Assembly: GCA_047242405.1 (NCBI GenBank)
Contig: JBKTKK010000001.1
Span: 1-47,246 of the forward strand
DNA: 47,246 nucleotides
Source: Lachnospiraceae bacterium
Lineage (GTDB): Bacteria > Bacillota > Clostridia > Lachnospirales > Lachnospiraceae
Direction of reading: 5' to 3'
A model generated the notes under the pieces. It was not told the DNA's origin. It saw nothing but the letters and a program-made list of their open reading frames with translations, and searched no databases. Numbering within the stretch: the first letter of the stretch is position 1; every line of letters begins with the position of its first letter. The position numbers were made by a program, and so were the translations under genes. This document shows, piece by piece, positions 1 to 9,225 of the stretch.

Positions 1-35
1 AGGAACGGCAAAATTTTTACACTTCTACTACTTCT

Positions 36-1514
36 TTATCGAACATCAGTAAAAGAGCGGGGATTGTCATAGCCAACCATTCCACAGATTTCAATAATCT
101 TATAATCTGAGTTTTTAAGAAAATCCTGGACTTTCCTCATCCTTACTTCTGTTAGATAATCCACAAAATTTTCTCCTGTTTTTTCTTTAAACAGACGACT
201 AAGATAATTGGGATGCATATAAAACTGTTTTGCTAACATGTTTAAACTTATATTCTCACTATAATGCTGTCTGATAAAACTCTGGATTTCAGAAATAACA
301 CCTCTGTTCATCCTCTGACTACTGATCTGATCTAGTTCTGTAGTTATCCACTCTAAATATGAAGACATACAATGCATCACTTCCTGCCCATTTCCACAGG
401 AAAGCAGATACTGAAGCACTTCATTCAATCTGTCGTGCAGATTAATCTCCTCAAGACCGGCCCCCTGCAGGTGTCCATTTACTTCAATAAGAAAACGAAT
501 GCAGACGGTCTGGAATTCCAATAAACTCATCTGTTCTCTACTTTCCATAGCCGTCAACACACTTTTTATCCAACATACCGCCTGTTTTCTACTTTCTGCT
601 CCATTGAGCTTCTGTAGGAATTCCGTTATAATCTCTTGAATTTCAGAGGATTTTTCAGAAAATATTGTATCTATGTTCTTATAGAAGATAACCTTCTTAT
701 GAGTGTCTGCCAAAAGATATCTCATCGCCTGTTCTGTCTCTTTCCATGCATCCGGCAATGACTGGATTCCATCTTTCTCTTTACTTACTCCCATTGCCCA
801 ACGTTCATCCGAGCAGCATACCTGCTCCAGAATTGAAAGAAAGTATGTAAACTCTGAATCTGATTTCACCGGTACTATCGCAAACAGTGCATACACCGAA
901 CTGTCCAGTATTATGGAATCCGGAATTACCGCTGTAATACGGCTCTGCATTGCTTTTTTTTCCTGTTCCATTTCCTCTTGATTTAGATTTCTCTCTGTCA
1001 TAAATACAGAAATACCATACCATTTTCCTAGAACTGGAAGACAATATTTCTCTATCTCTGCATCTACATATCCTCTTGCTATAGAAAGAAGCAACCCTTC
1101 CATATGGTACGTATGCACCCGAACCTCTTTCTGCCTGCGGTCCAGATCCGCTGACAGCCGCCCAAGCAACTCTTCCACTTCTCCCAGATTCACTGGTTTT
1201 GTGAGATACTGAACCGCTCTGTAACGCATTGCTTCTTTCACATAATCAAAATCACTATATCCACTCAGGACTACGGTTTGAATATCCGGATAAAGTTCTT
1301 GGATCTTTTTTAGCAAATCTAATCCTGATTTCTCTGGCATCCGGATATCCGTAAGAACTACATCAATATGCATGTTCTTCAACATCAGTAAAGCTTCATC
1401 TACACTTACAGCAATTCCTGCAACCTCAAATCCATGTTCTTTCCATTTTACAAACTGAGCCATCCCACGGCAAACGATTTCTTCATCATCTACTATCAGA
1501 ACCTGATATATCAT
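36..1514 (-). CDS. YesN-like response regulator (receiver + AraC HTH), C-terminus apparently truncated
   Basis: Receiver motifs VLIVDDE and DIRMP; AraC region ISLNMLAKQFYMHPNYLSRLFKEKTG. Ends GYDNPRSFTDVR*, lacking the usual last helix (F..VFK..G.TP..YR). Start moved to ATG 1514 (MIYQVL). Confidence 0.85.
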   Translation of the reverse strand: MIYQVLIVDDEEIVCRGMAQFVKWKEHGFEVAGIAVSVDEALLMLKNMHIDVVLTDIRMPEKSGLDLLKKIQELYPDIQTVVLSGYSDFDYVKEAMRYRAVQYLTKPVNLGEVEELLGRLSADLDRRQKEVRVHTYHMEGLLLSIARGYVDAEIEKYCLPVLGKWYGISVFMTERNLNQEEMEQEKKAMQSRITAVIPDSIILDSSVYALFAIVPVKSDSEFTYFLSILEQVCCSDERWAMGVSKEKDGIQSLPDAWKETEQAMRYLLADTHKKVIFYKNIDTIFSEKSSEIQEIITEFLQKLNGAESRKQAVCWIKSVLTAMESREQMSLLEFQTVCIRFLIEVNGHLQGAGLEEINLHDRLNEVLQYLLSCGNGQEVMHCMSSYLEWITTELDQISSQRMNRGVISEIQSFIRQHYSENISLNMLAKQFYMHPNYLSRLFKEKTGENFVDYLTEVRMRKVQDFLKNSDYKIIEICGMVGYDNPRSFTDVR

Positions 1515-1559
1515 TTCATTCAACCTCTTCCCAATTGTATAATATTTACCAAACATAGT

Positions 1560-1725
1560 CTTACGGGCAATATGCTTTGCCTCACTATTCCAACATGATC
1601 TTTGCTATTAATTCGAACTCCATAATCTTCCCCATAAAGAGATGGATTCTTTGATTTACAATAACCATTTCAATACCGCTGGAATTTGGCGTAAGACTTT
1701 AGCTGCTTGTTCGATATTCTCCATA
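1560..1725 (-). pseudogene. Remnant C-terminus of a YesM-like sensor histidine kinase
   Basis: Manual translation with one frameshift gives SGIEMVIVNQRIHL(F)YGEDYGVRINSKDHVGIV, resembling the HATPase end of YesM-type kinases; lies directly upstream of the response regulator. Confidence 0.7.
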
Positions 1726-1784
1726 ATCATATCTATTATAACTCTAAAACACTTGGCTTACCAGTTCTTTGAGAAACAAAAAGA

Positions 1785-1970
1785 TGCATCCTCTGAAATT
1801 GATGAAATCGAATCCGAAATCCATCACATTATGGATACGGAAATCCAATCCCCCATCCCCACCATTCCCGGTATTGATTACCGGACGGGAGCAATGATCA
1901 TCGCCGAAATTGGCGATTTCAGCCGTTTTGATTGTGAAGATAAGATACTGCCTTATGCCGGGTCGCCAAT
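1785..1970 (+). pseudogene. IS110-family transposase internal fragment
   Basis: EIDEIESEI...TIPGIDYRTGAMIIAEIGDFSRF..EDKILPYAG resembles the IS110 Transposase_20 region; no N-terminal RuvC domain or C-terminus. Confidence 0.8.
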
Positions 1971-1982
1971 CTTGCCAGGATA

Positions 1983-2844
1983 ATGAATCAGCGTGAAATT
2001 ACTCTTCCAGAGAAACAGCGCCACTACATCGAAAAAGATGAGCTTAATCGTTGCGTATACCATAAACGGGAGATGGATGCCACAGAGCGGACACTGGTGG
2101 TCATGCATGACGCAGAAGAACTGATTGCAATCTGCTATAAAACAGGTAAGCTTGATGATACGAGCGAGTACCAACTTCTGATTCTACTTTTGAAAGAAAG
2201 AACGATACGATGACGGGAACAGACGTCTCCGCAAAAAAGAAGAAGTTGAAAACTCATCTCAAGTTTTACTAAATCCATCCGGCCCAGAGGCCTTTCGATA
2301 TAAAGCCGGCAAAAAGAACCTTGGCTATGTTGGAAATATTGTGGAATCCGTTAGTGAAAAAGGGAGCGTTATAACGGACTATGCATATGAAAAAAATACA
2401 TATGCCGACAATCAGTTCATGAAAGATTATCTAAAACAGCAGGATACTTTTACTAAAGGCGCATTCATTGTTGCAGACGGCGCTTATAGCGGTGAGACGA
2501 ATTCACAAATCGCGTCTTCCCATAATCTTAAGTTGGTGACGACGAATTTTACCGGGCGTAAACCGGATGAAGTCTATGCTGATTTTAAATTTTCTGCTGA
2601 CGGATGTATTCCGGCGAAATGTAGTTATAACCCGAAGAATGAGTGTTCCGTTGCTTACTTCAAAACAGAGGAATGTAGTTCATGCCCGTATAAAGAGCGA
2701 TGCCAACCGCGTTTTCTAAAAACAAGAGTCCGTAAGGAAGTTTCCTGGAAATCTGTAGAGAGGGCAAAACAGTTGCAATTCATGAAAACGGAAGAATTCA
2801 GCCAGTATGCCCGGTTCCGAAATGGGGTGGAAGCAATTCCATAG
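1983..2844 (+). pseudogene. Fragmented DDE transposase (IS1182/IS5-like clostridial type)
   Basis: ORFs 1983-2213 and 2341-2844 are linked by frameshifted sequence reading FRYKAGKKNLGYVGN; motifs IVADGAYSG, CSSCPYKERC, RFRNGVEAIP; truncated at both ends. Confidence 0.75.
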
Positions 2845-2867
2845 TCACCTCTCGTAGCGTTAAATTA

Positions 2868-2896
2868 TTGACAATAAACGCAATGCGTGTTATGAT
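2868..2896 (+). promoter_or_regulatory. SigA promoter with palindromic operator in the spacer (copy 1)
   Basis: TTGACA (2868-2873), 17 nt, TATGAT (2891-2896); spacer contains ACGCA-A-TGCGT. Confidence 0.8.
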
Positions 2897-2945
2897 ATGC
2901 TTAGAAGATAAAGAAAGGGACTGTAATAGCAGTAGGGTACACAAA

Positions 2946-3128
2946 ATGAACAAATTAAAAGAAGCAAGACTAAAAGCAGAACTTACACAGAAGGAAATGA
3001 GTGATATGCTTGAAATACCGGTAAGAACAATACAGGACTGGGAGCGTGAAGAACGAAAGCCACCTGTATACGTTGAAAAGTTGGTATTAAGGGAATTAGA
3101 AAGAATAATAATTGCAAAAAGCAATTGA
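2946..3128 (+). CDS. Small XRE/Cro-like HTH protein (60 aa)
   Basis: MNKLKEARLKAELTQKEMSDMLEIPVRTIQDWE..PP.YV; start at ATG 2946 because the ORF-track start lies within the promoter. Confidence 0.85.
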   Translation: MNKLKEARLKAELTQKEMSDMLEIPVRTIQDWEREERKPPVYVEKLVLRELERIIIAKSN

Positions 3129-3153
3129 AAATGCACGCAGTGCGTGTTGTAAT
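3125..3153 (+). promoter_or_regulatory. SigA-like promoter with palindromic operator (copy 2)
   Basis: TTGAAA, 17 nt, TGTAAT; spacer contains CACGCA-G-TGCGTG; diverged repeat of copy 1. Confidence 0.7.
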
Positions 3154-3183
3154 GTGTTTAGATTAAGAGAAAGAAGGGAAAAC

Positions 3184-3282
3184 ATGATAGATGATATACT
3201 TGATAACTTAATAAAGATACTTACTATCATTTCTCTTGCGTTGGCCATTGCAAAACAACTAAAAGACGAAATAGATAAATAA
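3184..3282 (+). CDS. 32-aa hydrophobic peptide, type I toxin-like
   Basis: MIDDILDNLIKILTIISLALAIAKQLKDEIDK; purine-rich SD (AGAAGGGA); one hydrophobic helix with charged tail; followed by hairpin GTGGGG-CAAATA-CCCCAC. Below the ORF-track cutoff. Confidence 0.6.
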   Translation: MIDDILDNLIKILTIISLALAIAKQLKDEIDK

Positions 3283-3353
3283 GTATCTTACAGTGGGGCA
3301 AATACCCCACACCATTCTAATGGTGAATCAATTATATCACATCACGGAGAAAT

Positions 3354-3524
3354 ATGAAAGGTAAAACTTATATTTTCAGCACGATTCTTTATATTATAGT
3401 AATAATTAATTTTGTCAATTTTGATAATATACAATTACTAGACCTAGTTATTTTGTTATTATTTTTTATTCATGTCTTTTTAATGATTTTTCACAAACGA
3501 AAAGGAGGAAAAAATGAACCTTAA
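3354..3524 (+). CDS. 56-aa two-helix membrane protein
   Basis: MKGKTYIFSTILYIIVIINFVNFDNIQLLDLVILLLFFIHVFLMIFHKRKGGKNEP; GGAGA upstream; 3' end overlaps the start of the next HTH gene. Confidence 0.55.
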   Translation: MKGKTYIFSTILYIIVIINFVNFDNIQLLDLVILLLFFIHVFLMIFHKRKGGKNEP

Positions 3525-3723
3525 GGAAATCCGCACTAGCAAAAACCTATTTGTTCCACAACTTGTTGACCTAAGCGGTTTTCCTAGACGTACCATACAA
3601 GACATCGAAAAACGTTGTGATGGACGCGTATCTACTATGATAAGGTTAGCAGATGCTTTAAATGTGAGTTTGGATGAATTATGTAAAAGCAAAGATGAAG
3701 AGAACGGCATGATCGATAAATAG
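3514..3723 (+). CDS. XRE-family HTH regulator
   Basis: MNLKEIR..VPQLVDLSG.PRRTIQDIE..LADALNVSLDEL; strong SD AAAGGAGG. Confidence 0.85.
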   Translation: MNLKEIRTSKNLFVPQLVDLSGFPRRTIQDIEKRCDGRVSTMIRLADALNVSLDELCKSKDEENGMIDK

Positions 3724-3734
3724 GATTTATAATG

Positions 3735-3770
3735 AAAAGAAAGGTGGGTTTATAGCCCACCTTTTTCTTT
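3735..3770. terminator. Bidirectional intrinsic terminator
   Basis: AAAAGAAAGGTGGG-TTTATAG-CCCACCTTTTTCTTT between convergent genes. Confidence 0.8.
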
Positions 3771-4165
3771 ATCTTTGAACCAAGTCTGAATCAAGTGCAA
3801 TCCAACCTGCACCAGATAGTAATCTGCCCCACTTTTTACTTCCTGGACCGTCTGCCTCCGCTACGACCGTATAGCTGCCATTGTCTGTAATGCGGCCTAC
3901 GATAGGATAATTCGTTCCTGGGCCTTTACGAATGTTTAAAGCTGTATCTATAACCTTTAACATGTAAGGCTTAAAAATAGATATTTGTTGCTCCTTTTCA
4001 AGCCCAAAACCGTCCACAATACCATCTACTACAGCTGCAGCAATCGCATCCTTGTTCGCAAAGTACCAGTTGCAGTCCTCGGCATTAGAGATAAAGCATG
4101 TTTCCAATAAGCCATGAGATACTCCTTGTTCTTTGCATCTGTTCTGTACCAACAACCCTTCTTTC
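3769..4165 (-). pseudogene. C-terminal part of phage endolysin (Amidase_3 end + SH3-like domain)
   Basis: LLETCFISNAED (amidase) and LNIRKGPGTNY..WGRLLSGAGWI (SH3b-like); N-terminal catalytic half is missing. Confidence 0.8.
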
Positions 4166-4700
4166 AATTGATGCATTTGTAATTGCTACATTTGGAAGAT
4201 CTATATTTTTACATGTAATATATCCAGTGCTTGATGATATACCAAACATCATTGTTCCGTTATATCTCCCGAAAAGTCCTCCTGACTGCACTTGTGTAGT
4301 TGTATTATAAATACCACTAGCTACATCCATTTCCCATGCGTTGAACTTAGTTGTAGCATATTGCCCATCTGTCAATTTAATCAGCGACGACGATTGGCTA
4401 CCTGACACAATATTTATCGAACCACCTGTTATATCTGCATTACAAGCTTTTAATGAAATTCCTTCTAATACTTTACCTTTAATCATATCTGCGGTAATAG
4501 AGCCATCTACAATTAATTCTCCAGAACTCATTCTTAACACCTGAACATTTCTAACTCGCAACGTTCCAGAAAATGAATTCCATCCATCTATTTGAATATA
4601 TACGGCAAATTCACGAGCATTAGATGGCAATGTAATAACAGAAGAAATTTCTCCATTTGTAGAGTTAGTAATCCTAGAACTTGTTTGATAATTTCGAATA
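4165..4700 (-). pseudogene. Internal fragment of a phage tail/host-specificity protein
   Basis: Gly/Ser/Thr-rich; ELIVDGSITADMI..ITGGSINI motif typical of Firmicute siphophage tail proteins; frame stays open upstream of 4630 to about 4715 with no evident start. Confidence 0.65.
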
Positions 4701-4756
4701 TAGCCTTTAACACTTTGTTATCTTGGAGCGCTTCATTCAAAGCAAATGTAAGTATT

Positions 4757-4788
4757 GTCACTCCTCACGCGGGAGTGTGGGTTGAAAT
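4757..4788 (+). CRISPR. Solitary type I-C-like CRISPR repeat (no array)
   Basis: GTCACTCCTCACGCGGGAGTGTGGGTTGAAAT: 32 nt, GTC start, 7-bp hairpin CACTCCT/GGGAGTG, 11-nt 3' tail ending TTGAAAT. No second copy seen. Confidence 0.8.
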
Positions 4789-4806
4789 AGAATAGGAGGA
4801 AATAAA

Positions 4807-6018
4807 ATGGGAGAATTAAGGACCAGAAAACGAGGGAAAACTTGGGAATACAGTTTTGAAGCTGCAAAAGTAGAAGGGAAAAGAAAAACAATTTCAAAAG
4901 GTGGGTTCCGCACAAAAACAGATGCCATTGCAGCAGGAACACAAGCCAAGGCGGAATATGATAATGCTGGGATTGTATTTACACCGTCAGAAATGTCAGT
5001 AGCAGACTATATGAATTATTGGTATGAGCAATATGTATTAGTGAATTTAAGGCCAAATACACAAAGTTCTAAAAAAAATATTATAAATAATCATATTGTA
5101 CCAAAGCTTGGTCACTATAAACTTAAAGCATTAACTCCTACTATATTACAAGATTTCATTAATCAAATTAAATTAAATGGTTTTTCAGAGAATATGCTTA
5201 TTGGAATAAAATCGTGCCTATCATCTGCTTTGTCATATGCGGTGCATCCCTGTAACTTTTTATCATCAAATCCAATGATCTATGTTAAGTCGCCTAAATA
5301 TACAGATATAAACAAAAAAAGAAATAAAGTAGGTATAAATAATTGGATTGTAACTCATGAATGTTTTGAAACAATTATCAATCGATTTAATGAAAATAGT
5401 AATTTTTATATCCCCTTAATGATAGGGTATTATGCTGGGTTAAGAATTGGAGAAACATTTGCACTAACATGGAATGATATTAATTTAAAAGAAAAGACGC
5501 TTACAGTAAATAAACAATTGATAAAGCATAACCGCTGTTGGTTTGTATCTCCACCTAAAACAAATAATTCATATAGAACAATTTATATTGGAGACATTTT
5601 AGTAAACGCTCTAAAAACTATAAAAAAAAGACAACTTGAAAACAAAATGAATTATGGGGAATTTTATTTTCACACCTATAAGCTAGATAATAACTTGATT
5701 CGCCAATCAATGCAAAATGAATTAATTACTGGAGAAGAACTTGATTTTATTTGCAAAAAAGAAAATGGGGAATTATTAACACAAGAATCATTCAAGTATT
5801 GTGCTAGAGTTATTCATTATGAATTAGAAATTAGTGAATTTCATTATCATGCCCTACGACACACACATGGAACAATATTAGCAGAAAACGGAGCTAATCC
5901 AGTAGCTGTACGAGATCGATTAGGACATGCAGATATTAAGGTCACATTAAATAATTACACCTTTAACACAAAGAAAATGGGCATCGATGCGGTCAATATA
6001 TTTGAAAATAATGCATAA
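4807..6018 (+). CDS. Phage-type tyrosine integrase
   Basis: N-terminal arm-binding region (GKRKTISKGGFRTK); catalytic GLRIGE, HALRH, RLGH and Tyr in TLNNY; SD AGGAGG; convergent on the rlmD 3' end. Confidence 0.95.
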   Translation: MGELRTRKRGKTWEYSFEAAKVEGKRKTISKGGFRTKTDAIAAGTQAKAEYDNAGIVFTPSEMSVADYMNYWYEQYVLVNLRPNTQSSKKNIINNHIVPKLGHYKLKALTPTILQDFINQIKLNGFSENMLIGIKSCLSSALSYAVHPCNFLSSNPMIYVKSPKYTDINKKRNKVGINNWIVTHECFETIINRFNENSNFYIPLMIGYYAGLRIGETFALTWNDINLKEKTLTVNKQLIKHNRCWFVSPPKTNNSYRTIYIGDILVNALKTIKKRQLENKMNYGEFYFHTYKLDNNLIRQSMQNELITGEELDFICKKENGELLTQESFKYCARVIHYELEISEFHYHALRHTHGTILAENGANPVAVRDRLGHADIKVTLNNYTFNTKKMGIDAVNIFENNA

Positions 6019-6020
6019 GC

Positions 6021-6060
6021 TTGTCAACCACTCTAAATTACGTTGACAAATGGTTGACAA
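6021..6060. repeat. Probable integrase arm-type binding sites
   Basis: TTGTCAACCA (6021-6030) is the exact inverse of TGGTTGACAA (6051-6060), plus tandem CGTTGACAAA (6041-6050). Confidence 0.65.
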
Positions 6061-6102
6061 GACTGCTTTTTCAGGACACTATAAGTTCTTTAAGTCCTTA
6101 TT

Positions 6103-7453
6103 TTACTTAGATAAAAGAACGACCGTCTCCACATGCACCGTAGATGGAAACATATCAACAGCACATGCCTTTACTACTTTATAGCCTGCTTTTTGTAAAA
6201 TTTCTAAATCTCTTATAAGACTCGTTGGCTTACAAGAAACATAAACGATACGGTCTACTTGGAAATTAATGATTTTTTCCAACGCTTTTGGATGAATTCC
6301 GTCTCTTGGTGGATCTAAAACGATTAAGTCTGGTTTATCTGTAATCTCATCAATTACCTTTAAGACATCCCCTGCGATGAATTCACAATTTTCCAAACTA
6401 TTTAATTGGGCATTGATTTTTGCTGCCTCAACTGCCTCTTTTACAATCTCAACGCCAATTACTTTCTTGGCTACGGGTGCTAAAATCTGTGCAATGGTAC
6501 CCGTACCACTGTATAAATCAAAAACCTCCTTGTCCTTCGTCTCTCCAATATAATTTCTTACGACAGAATATAATACTTCTGCACCTAGGGAATTGGTCTG
6601 GAAGAAAGAGAATGGAGTTATTTTAAATAATAAACCTAACACTTCTTCGCAAATATAATCTCTACCGTATAAAATATTCGTTTTATCACTTTGTACGACA
6701 TCGGCCAATGAGTCATTTAACGTATGCAAGACACCAACAATGGTCCCGTCTAAATCCAATTGAAGCAATCCTTTTGTAAAGCCTTGACAGTCAATTTTTT
6801 CTTGCGTCGTTGTTACTAAATCTACTAAGATATCTCCAGTTTTTGCTGCTTTACGCACTAAAAGGTGCCGGAGTACACCGGTATGTTGCATCTTCTTATA
6901 AAATGGAGTGCCTTTTTCCTGAAAATAATTCAATACAAAGGTAAGAATCTTTCTATAGTCCTTATCAACGATTCTACAGTCGTTAACCGTCACAATGTCG
7001 TGGAAACTGCCTCTTTTATGCATGCCAAGGGATAATGGACCGTCTTTTACCTCATCGCCAAAAGAAAATTCCATTTTATTACGATACCCCGTTTGGATTG
7101 GACTTCCTTTAATTCCATCAAACACATAATCTTCAACAACACTGTCCAAAAGATTTTCACTTGTTCTTCTTTTATCTTTAGTTGTACTTCATAAGGAACT
7201 GATTGATAATTACAACTATACATTGTCCAAAATGGGCACATACTCCTTCTGTTAACTCATAACTAGCAGGCTCGATTACCTCTAATAACCGCCCCTCACA
7301 CTTATCTTTTCTAACTTTATTTACAGAAAAAGAGATTTTTTGTCCAGGAATCCCATTTTTAATCACTACTTTTTTATCTTCTACATGAACGACTGCTTTA
7401 TTTGGAAAATCGACTTTTTCAACAATTCCTTCAAAAATTTGTCCTTTTTTCAT
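6103..7453 (-). CDS. rlmD: 23S rRNA (uracil-C5)-methyltransferase RlmD/RumA, two apparent frameshifts near 7150-7225
   Basis: TRAM-like N-terminus; YRNKMEF, SFFQTN, DLYSGTG, DPPRDG, YVSC, DMFP.T.HVE; pieces spread over three frames. Confidence 0.93.
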
Positions 7454-7645
7454 ATCAAACCTATCTGCGTGCTGCGATTCACGCGATCACTCTTCGTTGA
7501 ACACGCAATTTTGTCCAACTTCTAACATTTAAAAGCAGATATCATATTATCATAAAATAAGGAATTTAACAATCCATAAGAAAATCTCAATTTCTGTAAC
7601 TTTATGCTATTAACACTTTTTCCTTTATTTCAACGAAATTTACTT

Positions 7646-9017
7646 TCATTGAAAAATGGTTATTTCTTTTATCCTTCGTATTGTAAACGTATCCATCAAT
7701 TCTAACTCCTCTTTATCGGTATAGTAAGTATCCAAACATAAGGTATCCTCTGTTACTGTTACCTTCGTAATACTTGTGCGATTACTTTGATCCTGCACTG
7801 CCACATAGGAGGGCCAACCAGTGCTTAGATTGCTATTTCTAGTATAGTATTTACTTCCGGATGCCGAGTTTGCTGTCAAATACAATACTTGGCCTTCTTT
7901 TGGGTTTATTACGCTTATTGGTGCAGCTTCACCTTTTGTTGTATCATATCCCTCTGGAATAATTGGGTTACACCCCTCCATTAAGTAAGTTCTCGTAAAA
8001 TAATGGTCATGTCCCATTAAAACTACATCGATGCCTAAAAGAGAGAAAATCGGTGACAATTCCTTTCTTCTTTGTAAAACATCGGTGTCTTTAAAGTGGT
8101 TTCCTACACTATACGTTGAGTGATGAAAGGACACGACTCTCCAGTTTACATCAGGATTTTTTTCTAATGCCTCCTCCATAAACACCTTATGAACATTGGT
8201 GCTTAAATTACTCGTATTTAAGCATAAAAATAATACCCCATTATAAGTAAACCAGTAATCACCACTTCCTTCTCCTGTACCATTTGATACCCCGTAAGTA
8301 GAAATATTTGGCATATAAAAGTGATCGGTATACTTTTCACTTCCCACATCATGGTTTCCTACATTTGTTGCTATCGCAAAAGCTCGCATCGCACTAGGAA
8401 ATAGAAAACCTTCATACTGCAGATCTTCGCTGCTGCTTCTATCATTCACCTGATCACCGGAAGATAGAATGAAACTTGTATCTGGAAATGCATCAATTGC
8501 CTTTGTTATCGTATGATTCCAATTTGTGACATCATTGGCAAGATTCCCTTGCCCCAATTTGTGTATCTCCGATAAAAAAGAAATGAAAGGGTTGATTAAT
8601 CCCAAATGAATTTGTTTTAAATGAATACGTTTTTGACCACTGTTCTTCGTTTCCAACACGATAGAAATACTTCGTATTGGCTTTTAGCTTCGTAATGGTA
8701 GCTTTATTTGTCTTATAACCCGTTATTGTTGCAGTATCTTGAACTGCCATAAAGGTGTCTACACAACTACTTGTAAATGCACTTCCTTCAACAACATCCG
8801 CACTCCCTTCCAAAACTTGTACCATTGTAGGTTGTCTGGATGTTCCAAGCCAGGTTATATTTTTTTCTGTTTCATCGGATCCGATATTCAGACAAATATC
8901 TTTTATCGCTTTCTCCTCAAACTCTGCCCCAAGCACGATATCTGGTGATAAGCTAACACTAATAAAAAAAACGACTGATGCCAGAAGGCAGGTAAGCTTT
9001 TTCCACTGTTTTTTCAT
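7646..9017 (-). CDS. Secreted purple-acid-phosphatase-like metallophosphoesterase, frameshift near 8560
   Basis: Signal peptide MKKQWKK..; FN3-like YFYRVG; motifs GDTQ, GDQVN, GNHD, HH, GHDH. Confidence 0.85.
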
Positions 9018-9187
9018 ATCTTCCTCCTCTTTTGAAATAGATACTTTCCTATTTTGCCCTTCTAGGGAGAAGAAAACAGAAAAACTTTCGCCAAATCTGC
9101 TTGTAATAATTGAAACTAGTTCCATTTATTACAAGTAAATTTTAAGCAAACCAATTTAATGATAAATTTTCGCTTTCATAGCATTAG

Positions 9188-9225
9188 AAAAACAGGAGCT
9201 ATTGTTTCTTAGCTCCTGTTTTTTT
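9188..9225 (-). terminator. Terminator of the polyamine operon
   Basis: AAAAACAGGAGCTA..TAGCTCCTGTTTTT inverted repeat at the nspC stop. Confidence 0.8.

Larger units (their letters stand above)
2860..6130. mobile_element. Decayed prophage remnant integrated at the 3' end of rlmD/rumA
   Basis: Integrase next to the rlmD 3' end (a known Firmicute integration site), arm repeats, tail and lysin fragments, accessory cassette; left boundary uncertain. Confidence 0.8.

Noticed and set aside
1..60. Second att site (duplicated rlmD 3' end)
   Set aside because: Only a trivial TCTTTTA match; I found no convincing direct repeat.
1785..1970. IS110 element as a bridge-RNA recombinase system
   Set aside because: Only a ~60-codon internal fragment remains; no RuvC domain or non-coding ends are evident.
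4680..4900. CRISPR mini-array around the solitary repeat
   Set aside because: No repeat-like sequence at the expected 30-40 nt spacing on either side.
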